This document shows positions 17,501-24,629 of a stretch of 28,832 nucleotides of DNA, piece by piece. A program made the translations under genes and the position numbers. This DNA comes from an uncultured Candidatus Sumerlaeota bacterium. GTDB taxonomy: Bacteria; Sumerlaeota; Sumerlaeia; SLMS01; CAYUNT01. Where the stretch lies: the NCBI GenBank assembly GCA_964446285.1, contig CAYUNT010000034.1, positions 1 through 28,832 of the forward strand, given 5' to 3'. The notes under the pieces are model-generated. The model worked only from the letters and a program-made list of their open reading frames with translations. It did no database searches and was not told where the DNA came from. How positions within the stretch are numbered: position 1 is the stretch's first letter; each line of letters begins with the position of its first letter.

Positions 17501-19498
17501 ATAGGAGTCGGCCTCCGCCACCGGCGGGTCATTGATGGCCTGGACTACGACAGCTCCCGACGCGGTCCCCTCCTGGGTTCCAGCCAGCAAATGAGACAAT
17601 ATGCAGCTAATGGTTCTTGTGTTCTGGTTGGGGTTATTGGTTGTGTGCTCGTAGGTCAGATGGGTCATCACGCTTTGCACCGCTTCCAGAGATGCATTAT
17701 CGGACGTAAAGTCTATTGTCAGCGGAGTGCTATAGTTGCCTTCAGAGAAGGTTCCGATTTCGACCCCGCCGTAAGTAATGACGCTCCCAGAGATGCCCAA
17801 CTGGCCCGGCCCGGCGCCTTCATTGCGAATTGCCAGGCTGTCGCCGGTTTGGCCGTTGGTTTGAAGCGAAACCGTCAATCGCCGGTTCCTGAGGTTTGTT
17901 TCATCCCCGTCCGTTATGGTTGCGCTCAGGAACAGCGTGACAGCACTGGAATCCTCGACATACGTGGGATTTGCCGCAACGGCGGAAAAGGCAGTTGGCT
18001 CATCATCCAGGGCGAGGACGAGTTTCTTCGTATTGTAATCGACGTCGATGATGTCCAGGTCGCCGTCGCCGTCGAAATCGGCCATGGCCGCCACATAGTT
18101 GGTGCGGTTGGGCAGGTAGGAACCCTGGAAGACCAGGTTTCCCGCGCCATCATTTCTCCACGCGGTAAGCGGAGTGTTCGTGAACGCATTGATAATCAGA
18201 ACGTCTGGATAGCCGTCGCTGTTGAAATCGTCCGACATATATTCAAAAGGCTGGTAATTACTGGGAATGATGCTGCTGTCGGATTGCGTGAAGGCGCCGG
18301 CCCCGTCGCCCTGATACACCCGCATGTTGAGATTGGGAGAGTTAATGACTCCCATGTAAATATCGGCGTTTCCGTCCTGCTTGGCATCCGCGGCGGCAAA
18401 ACGCTGGACGATATTGTAATAGCTTCGGGATAGCTGGGTAAGCGTCCCATCCCCGTTATTGGTAAAAACAAAGAGATCGGTGCCGCCTTGAGCCAGGACA
18501 TCCAGTTTGCCGTCGTTGTTCACATCCTCGAAAAGCGCGTATTGGCCATTGCTGGAAAGGCTCTTGGATGTGAGGAGTGAAAACGAGTTCGATCCATTGT
18601 TGCGATAAACATAAACAGCATAGCTGGACGATCCCGTAAAAGCAAAGTCCAGGGCGCCGTCTCCATCGAAATCCCCAACGCTCAATTCTTTGGGTTCTGC
18701 CGTCGTGGTGGAACTGCTCAGCAGCGAGAAGACCCCCGAGCCGTTGTTCCGGTAAATATCCACTCGATTCGGGCTTTTTCCCGCAACCATCACATCCAGA
18801 TTGCCGTCGCGGTCAAAGTCAGCCGCTTCCAGCCGGCCCGATACGCTTCCGAGATTGAAACTGCTCACATTCTCGGTAAATGTCCGATCCCCGTTGTTGT
18901 GATAGAAAGCCAGTTTGTAAGTCAAGTTGCCAAGGATGGCCACAAAATCCATCTGACCATCGTGATCGAAATCACCCGGAATCAATTTAACAGGATCCGC
19001 ATAAGCCGAGAAATTGCGGTATTCTTTCCAATCCATGCGGCCGGCTTCGGAAGCCGTTCCGATTCGATACTTATACTGGTAAGGAATGAGCGGAGTATCC
19101 AAATGGTCTTTTACGCCAGCCAGCAAAGCGACGGTGACCACTTCTCCGTAGTTGAAATTCCTGTCCGGGTGAAGTGTCACAGTTTTTCCCGCCGCGTTGT
19201 AAAGGAATGAACTTGAAGATACGACGCCTGTCAAACTTCCATGCACGAGAATGTTCGTGTTGTTCAGCGTCGGAGTGCTCATATCATCGCTGAAAGTAAT
19301 CGCGATATCCGCACTCGGCGAAACGTGATTGGCCATTCGTGACGGAACGTGAGAGACAACAGAAACAGCAGCCCCTGCCAGGGGGATGCAGGCCAGCAGG
19401 ACAACGGCCAGGCCGGCGAAGATTTCGCGGGTAAAACGGCGGCGATTTGCACACTTTCCAATCACTTTTCTTGCTCCCAAATGAATTCTTTTCCTCAC
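14597..19498 (-). CDS. Giant secreted or surface protein. Order of parts: N-terminal signal/anchor, Ig-like domain, FG-GAP-repeat beta-propeller, VCBS/cadherin-like domain, second FG-GAP propeller, cadherin-like domain, C-terminal 6-bladed beta-propeller.
   Basis: 1633-aa ORF. More than 15 FG-GAP/Ca-binding repeats ([46 protein letters not shown]...). A cadherin-like VCBS block ([39 protein letters not shown]...[14 protein letters not shown]). The C-terminal region carries a motif repeated six times: (V/I)DPxTGNRxxI(S/A). The start is a GTG at 19498. An alternative GTG 33 nt downstream is preceded by GGGAG. Confidence 0.85.
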   Translation of the reverse strand: [1633 protein letters not shown]

Positions 19499-19653
19499 AG
19501 AGTCCTAACAAACGACTAGGTTAATGTTGGGAGCCATTCAACTGCAAGTCAAACGGATTAATTTGGGTTTCGCAGAATTGGGCGCGAATCGAATTGGCTC
19601 ATAATTTAGGCTGCCTGTGCAAATACAAGCGTCCATTCCCTGAGGGAAAATAG

Positions 19654-19715
19654 CAGTTGTGAGTTGAGAGTTGCAGGTTGGAAGAAAGAAAAGTGATCAG
19701 GGAAAAGGAAACAAA
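19654..19715. repeat. Second copy of the purine-rich GTTGTGAGTTGAGAGTTGCAGG...GAAGAAAGAAAAGTG element. It lies just downstream of the minus-strand sugar-nucleotide operon.
   Basis: Sequence agttgtgagttgagagttgcaggttggaagaaagaaaagtgatcagggaaaagg shares the GAGTTG heptads and the GAAAGAAAGTG..CAG block with 3931-4032. The plus strand is C-poor here, with 5 C in about 80 nt. Confidence 0.45.
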
Positions 19716-19732
19716 AACTTGCCGCTATTTTA

Positions 19733-20554
19733 TTAGGCACTGGCCGTCCGTTCGCGCGCGTTTTGATTCGCCAAGTCGAAATCCGCCGGGCGTCCGATGT
19801 CGAGCCAGCGTCCGCCATGCACAAAGGAGCGCACCATTTCCCCGCGCTCGAGCAGCGTCAGAATAAGGTTGTCAAAACCGAAATGCTGACGCGGCGGAAT
19901 GTAGCCGAGGCAGCGGCGCGAAAGCACATACACGCCCATCGACACGTCGTAGCGGATGACCGGTTTTTCCTCGAAGGCGCGGACCACGCGCGATTCGGGA
20001 TCGTATCGCAGAACGCCAAAATCAATCGGGACCTCGCGCCGGCAGGTGGCCACGGTAAGCGCTGCGCCGGATTGCGCATGGTCGTGATAGAGCGCGCGAA
20101 GGTCGAGGTCCGTCAGCACGTCGCCGTTGAGCACAATGAATTGCTCGCCCAGCCCGTCGATCAGCGCAAGCGGTCCGATCGTTCCCAGCGGCGTATCTTC
20201 GACCGCATATTCTATTTCAACTCCCCACTTCTCGCCATTGCCGAAAAACGAGCGGATCAATTCCGCCAAATGCCCCACGGAAATCGTGATGCGGCGCAAC
20301 CCGGCCTGGCGAATCCATTCAATCACAATTTCAAGAATCGGGCGGTCGCCAATCGGCATAAGGGGTTTGGGCAGCACGGTTGTGTAGGGCTGCAGGCGCG
20401 TTCCCTTGCCGCCCGCGAGGATTACAACACGTGTGTCCGGCGGGATGGCGGGCATGGCTTGAGCGGCGGAGGTTGATTGGGAAAAATTCTCAGGCAGCGG
20501 CGTGGGCTGCGGCCAGGATGACGGTGGTTTGGAAGGAGGAGGAGTTGAGGTCAT
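19733..20554 (-). CDS. Sugar-phosphate nucleotidyltransferase (NDP-sugar pyrophosphorylase, RfbA/RfbF-like) with a Pro-rich N-terminal extension
   Basis: VVILAGGKGTRLQPYTTVLPKPLMPIG is the NTP-transferase G-loop. The ATG at 20554 forms an ATGA overlap with the upstream epimerase stop. An alternative ATG at 20455 would remove the TSTPPPSKPPSSWPQPTPLP extension. Confidence 0.8.
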   Translation of the reverse strand: MTSTPPPSKPPSSWPQPTPLPENFSQSTSAAQAMPAIPPDTRVVILAGGKGTRLQPYTTVLPKPLMPIGDRPILEIVIEWIRQAGLRRITISVGHLAELIRSFFGNGEKWGVEIEYAVEDTPLGTIGPLALIDGLGEQFIVLNGDVLTDLDLRALYHDHAQSGAALTVATCRREVPIDFGVLRYDPESRVVRAFEEKPVIRYDVSMGVYVLSRRCLGYIPPRQHFGFDNLILTLLERGEMVRSFVHGGRWLDIGRPADFDLANQNARERTASA

Positions 20555-21615
20555 TGTGTGTATTCGCTGGCGCGGAATAACGCGGGATTGGCGCGAACCC
20601 ATTCGATCGTTCGCAAAAGGCCCGTTTCCAGATCGACCTCGGGCCGCCAGCCCACTTCGCGCTGGATTCGCGCATTGTCGCTGTGCAAAACCCGCACCTC
20701 ACTCGCCTCCGGGCGCACGCGCGCCGGGTCTTGCTCGATGGGTTTTTCGACTCCCGCCAGTTTCAGAATCAGCCGCGCCTGTTCGCCGACCGAAACGGCA
20801 TTTCCCGTTCCGAGATGATATAAATGCCCGGCGACGGTTTGCACAGGCGCGCGGGCCACGCACATATACGCACGCGCCGTATCGGTGACGTAAGTGAGGT
20901 CGCGCACGGGATCAAGCGCGCCCAGGCGGATGACGCGGCAGGCCGGATCGAGGGCTTGGGCGATGATCGTGGGAATCACCGCGCGCGCAGACTGGCGGGG
21001 GCCGTATGTGTTGAACGGGCGCAGGATTGTTACGGGCAATCCAAAGGCGCGGTAATACGATTCCGCCAGTTTGTCCGCCGCGATTTTCGTTGCGGAATAA
21101 GGGGATTGAGCCTGGAGCGGGTGCGCCTCGTCCTGCGGAGTATATTGGGCGGAGCCAAGCGCCTCGGAGGTTGATGTGTGCAAAACCCGCGCCACACCCT
21201 CTTCGCGGCAGGCTTCGAGCAGGTTCAGCGTTCCGCCGATATTGACATTCAGATACGACTGCGGCGCGGTGTAGGAATAGGGAATTCCGATCAGCGCCGC
21301 CAAATGAAATGCCGCATTCGCCCCTCGCACAAGGCCGCGCATACAGCGGGAATCCTGCACATCGCCCGCGCGGATTTCCAGCCGCCCTTCGCGAAACCAT
21401 GCGGCGCCCGATTCGCGTCCGGCGCGTTCCACCTCGTCCAGATTACCGCGCCGCCCCAGCGAATTGTAGTGCACGAGCGCGCGGACCCGATAGCCTTCCG
21501 CGAGCAGCATTTCCACCAAATGGCTGCCAATAAAACCGCCCGCGCCCGTTACCGCGCAAAGCGCATCGCGCGGCAGTTCGGACGAGGAATCAGCGGCGGA
21601 GAGGTTTGCTGGCAT
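20551..21615 (-). CDS. NAD-dependent epimerase/dehydratase (extended SDR family), nucleotide-sugar modifying
   Basis: Rossmann GxxGxxG in VTGAGGFIGSHLV. Catalytic YxxxK in SPYSATK. 354 aa. Translationally coupled to the downstream nucleotidyltransferase gene. Confidence 0.85.
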   Translation of the reverse strand: MPANLSAADSSSELPRDALCAVTGAGGFIGSHLVEMLLAEGYRVRALVHYNSLGRRGNLDEVERAGRESGAAWFREGRLEIRAGDVQDSRCMRGLVRGANAAFHLAALIGIPYSYTAPQSYLNVNIGGTLNLLEACREEGVARVLHTSTSEALGSAQYTPQDEAHPLQAQSPYSATKIAADKLAESYYRAFGLPVTILRPFNTYGPRQSARAVIPTIIAQALDPACRVIRLGALDPVRDLTYVTDTARAYMCVARAPVQTVAGHLYHLGTGNAVSVGEQARLILKLAGVEKPIEQDPARVRPEASEVRVLHSDNARIQREVGWRPEVDLETGLLRTIEWVRANPALFRASEYTQ

Positions 21616-21731
21616 GGAACAACGATCTAAATAAGCGGAATTGAATGCGAGGGCGGCGGACCGCGTATCCGGCGGAACGTGCCGCGCGAATCACACCGAA
21701 CGCCGCCCCTGCGAATGGCCTCATGGCCGAA

Positions 21732-22538
21732 TTACTTGGCGCGGTATTCGATCGCGGCGGCTTCCTCAAATACCTGGAAGGTAAAGGATTCCGCGATATA
21801 GAGCGAAACCGAATCGCCCGCCGCGGCCGAGAATCCGATGGCGAAATCCTGGCCCACGGTGAGTTCGTAGTTGCCTTCGCGCCGCGAGAAAAGCAGCGCC
21901 CCGGCCACGGCCGGACTCCAGCGAATCTCGCCTCCGTGCAGAAGCGATGTGATGCGCTTTGCCAGCGGATAGCCCTGTTCGACGCCGCCCATCACCACCT
22001 GATACGCGCTCGAACCGAGCACGAGCTCGAACGGGCCGCCCAAACCGGACTTCTGAATGGCAATGATGCCCGATTCGACCGCCTCGGGATACCCATTCGC
22101 CGTTTTGGGAAGCGCGAGAGGCGCGTGGGGCGTCGCCTTGGCCATGCCCTGGATTCCGCCCTTTTCGTAGCCGAAATAGATCGCGGCTTCCTCGAAACAC
22201 GCGATCTTGGCGGCGGCCTTTTTAAGCGGGTCCAGATTGGGGGTTTTATAGCCGCGGCTGATCGCATCGAGTTCCGCGACACTCAGCGCGAAGGGAACCT
22301 GCACCTCGATCAGCGGCAGAACATCGCGCGCTCCGCAGAGCAGCTCTTTGTCTGCGCCGCTTGGCTGTAATTTGACTGTGCCCAAATTGACCGCGGCAAA
22401 TTGCGCGCCGTGCGGACCGCTAAAATTCACGAGGCTGCGCGCCGAGAGGTTTCCCTTCAGCGTGCGCCGCGCCTGTTCGTCGATTTCCTTCCACGCTTCA
22501 TCTGCGATGGGGGCGAGGGAACGTTTGAGTCTATCCAT
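21732..22538 (-). CDS. Family 1 encapsulin nanocompartment shell protein (HK97-fold, linocin M18-like)
   Basis: Start at internal ATG 22538 gives MDRLKRSLAPIADEAWKEIDEQARRTLKGNLSARSLVNF.GPHG. The protein is colinear with T. maritima encapsulin throughout (PLIEV...ELD...RG, GPFELVLG, YPLAKR...LHGGEIRWSP, ELTVGQDFAIGF, SFTFQV). SD GGAGA plus an 8-nt spacer precedes it. Confidence 0.9.
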   Translation of the reverse strand: MDRLKRSLAPIADEAWKEIDEQARRTLKGNLSARSLVNFSGPHGAQFAAVNLGTVKLQPSGADKELLCGARDVLPLIEVQVPFALSVAELDAISRGYKTPNLDPLKKAAAKIACFEEAAIYFGYEKGGIQGMAKATPHAPLALPKTANGYPEAVESGIIAIQKSGLGGPFELVLGSSAYQVVMGGVEQGYPLAKRITSLLHGGEIRWSPAVAGALLFSRREGNYELTVGQDFAIGFSAAAGDSVSLYIAESFTFQVFEEAAAIEYRAK

Positions 22539-22616
22539 GGTGAGAATCTCCTTTGTATGTGCTTTCTGCGGCATTGTCTTTCGCGAAATTGTTTTGCGGG
22601 AGCGATTCTATCCGAA

Positions 22617-22982
22617 CTACTTCATGTCCTTGATGCCCAGGGAAGGGGATGCGCCGCCTTCGGCCTGCGCGCCATCCGCCGCCGCCTCTTCGCCTGCTGC
22701 CTCCGGATGCAAATGGATGGGGCCGGACTTGAAAAGATAGGCTCGAAGCTCTTCATCGAATTTCGGAAGCCTGCGCCGCAGCCATTCGAGGGCCATCGCG
22801 GCGTGTTCGATTTCCTCATCGCGATGATGTTCGAGGATGGCGTGGAGGTCAGCATCCTTTGTGACGTCCATGCGCTGATGATACCAATCGACTGCTTCCA
22901 GTTCCTCGATCAGCGTCGCCAGTGCGCGGTGAACGTCTTTTGTGTCTTCCGAGAGTCCTGATTCATGGTAAGTTGTGCTCAT
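22617..22982 (-). CDS. Encapsulated ferritin-like cargo protein (EncFtn) with a C-terminal encapsulin targeting peptide
   Basis: ...LIEELEAVDWYHQRMDVTKDADLHAILEHHRDEEIEHAAMALEWLRRR... is the EncFtn ferroxidase signature with its E/ExxH ligands. An Ala/Gly/Glu-rich linker and a C-terminal ...GGASPSLGIKDMK resembling SLGI-type family-1 targeting peptides follow. It lies 78 nt upstream of the shell gene. SD AAGGAGG plus a 9-nt spacer precedes it. Confidence 0.85.
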   Translation of the reverse strand: MSTTYHESGLSEDTKDVHRALATLIEELEAVDWYHQRMDVTKDADLHAILEHHRDEEIEHAAMALEWLRRRLPKFDEELRAYLFKSGPIHLHPEAAGEEAAADGAQAEGGASPSLGIKDMK

Positions 22983-23263
22983 AATGCAACGCCTCCTTGC
23001 CGCGTCGTATTGGCCAGTTTGAGGACGGCGCAGGATGAACTCAAGAGGAACCCTCGCCGCCGTATCATTTCCAGGTTGCCTGGCGGTTGCCTCTCGGCAT
23101 TTGTCGGCTTCGCCTTGACTGCTGGGGGCGTATGCATTGTCAGTTGATGGGAACCAGCGCCCAGCGACGCGGGCCTGATTTTCCCCCGAACGACCACGGG
23201 AGGATTTTTGCGGCTCTTTTCACTGCATTTGCATTTCGCCCCAGATTCCACAAGGCCCACGAA

Positions 23264-24628
23264 ATGAAAGCCCCCACCTACGTTCTCATCAATTACGGCT
23301 GCCAGATGAACGAGCACGACTCGGAAATCATGGAGGGACTGCTCGTGTCGCGCGGCTGGGTGCGGGCAGGAGCAAATGGGACTGAGGACGCGGGGGGACG
23401 CGGCGCTTCGTCGGAAGATCGCGCCGATCTTTATGTCCTGAACACATGCTCCGTGCGCGAAGGGGCGGAGAACCGCGCGCTCGGGCGTCTCGAATCGCTT
23501 CGCAACATCAAGCGCCGCTGTCCATCGACTGTCATCGTGTTGTGCGGATGCATCGCGCAGGAATATAGTGCCCGCCTGCTCGAACGTTACGACCATCTCG
23601 ACCTCGTGATTGGCACGCGCGACTACGTCAAACTGCCCGACCTGGTTGAGTTGCGGCGCAACGGCGGCGAACGCATGGCCGTCATCGACGACATCGACAA
23701 GCCGTTTTCGGTCAACGTGGTTCCAGTGCGCCAGAGCGCGCTCAAGGCCTATGTGACGATCATGTATGGGTGCGACAACCTGTGCGCTTTTTGCATCGTG
23801 CCGCAGACGCGCGGACATGAGTGGAGCCGCCCGCTTGCGGACATCGTGGCCGAAGCGCGTGCGCTCGCCGCGGGCGGATACCGCGAAATCATGCTGCTTG
23901 GCCAGAATGTGAATTCCTACCGCGATCCGGACGGGCGCGATTTCGCCGATGTGCTCTATGCGCTCAACGAAATCGACGGTCTTTGGCGCATCCGTTACAC
24001 GACATCGAACCCGAAGGATTGCAGCGACCGCCACATCCGCGCCGTGGCCGAGTGCGCTAAAGTATGCGAAAATCTGCATTTGCCCGTGCAGTCCGGCAGC
24101 AACTCCGTTCTGGCGCGCATGAGGCGTTCCTACACGCGCGAGCGATACCTCGAACAGGTGGCAATTTACCGCGAGGGGAATCCCATTTCGAGCCTGACGA
24201 CAGACCTGATTGTTGGGTTTTGTGGCGAGTCGGACGAGGAATTTGCCGATACGCTCGATCTGGCCGAGCGCGTGCGCTGGGATTCGGCGTTCATGTTTGC
24301 CTATTCGCCGCGCCCCGGAACCTATAGCGCCACTCACTTGCCGGACGATGTGCCGCACAAGGTGAAACTCGATCGCCTGGCGCGGTTGATCCGGCGGCAA
24401 GAGGAAATCGGCCTTGAACTCAACCGCGCGGAAGTGGGCCGCGTCCACGAGGTGCTTGTGGAGGGTGCGGCGCGGCGCGGACGCGGCTGCATGATGGGCC
24501 GCACGCGCACGGACAAAGTTGTGGTTTTTTCCGGCGGCGATTCGCTAGCGGGCCAACTCGTTCGCGTTAAAATCACTGAAGGCCAGGCGCATACGCTGTT
24601 TGGGGAAGTTATCGGGAACGGTTCATAA
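23264..24628 (+). CDS. miaB: tRNA-i6A37 methylthiotransferase MiaB (radical SAM MTTase with TRAM domain)
   Basis: N-terminal MTTase cysteines (YVLINYGCQMNEHDSE, LNTCSVRE). The radical-SAM motif CDNLCAFC. A C-terminal TRAM-like region (GRVHEVLVEG...VRVKITEG). Start ATG 23264 is inside track ORF 23087..24628. Confidence 0.9.
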   Translation: MKAPTYVLINYGCQMNEHDSEIMEGLLVSRGWVRAGANGTEDAGGRGASSEDRADLYVLNTCSVREGAENRALGRLESLRNIKRRCPSTVIVLCGCIAQEYSARLLERYDHLDLVIGTRDYVKLPDLVELRRNGGERMAVIDDIDKPFSVNVVPVRQSALKAYVTIMYGCDNLCAFCIVPQTRGHEWSRPLADIVAEARALAAGGYREIMLLGQNVNSYRDPDGRDFADVLYALNEIDGLWRIRYTTSNPKDCSDRHIRAVAECAKVCENLHLPVQSGSNSVLARMRRSYTRERYLEQVAIYREGNPISSLTTDLIVGFCGESDEEFADTLDLAERVRWDSAFMFAYSPRPGTYSATHLPDDVPHKVKLDRLARLIRRQEEIGLELNRAEVGRVHEVLVEGAARRGRGCMMGRTRTDKVVVFSGGDSLAGQLVRVKITEGQAHTLFGEVIGNGS

Positions 24629-24629
24629 T

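Noticed and set aside
15506-18433. Two long plus-strand ORFs (297 aa and 280 aa) inside the giant adhesin gene
   Set aside because: Antisense to a coding region with dozens of in-frame FG-GAP/Ca-binding repeats. The other long antisense ORFs (5009..5683, 8385..9134, 8822..9751, 10419..11066, 12283..13059, 19763..20476, 21645..22370, 22401..22961, 24729..25499, 26166..26810, 27867..28622) are rejected likewise, as high-GC stop-codon depletion.
22983-23263. Fur box or iron-responsive operator upstream of the EncFtn-encapsulin operon
   Set aside because: No 19-bp GATAATGATAATCATTATC-like palindrome. There is only a short ccagg-ttg-cctgg hairpin and a weak TTGACT hexamer.
22979-24448. 489-aa minus-strand ORF
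   Set aside because: Antisense to miaB, whose radical-SAM and MTTase cysteine motifs are unambiguous on the plus strand. No motif on the minus frame.
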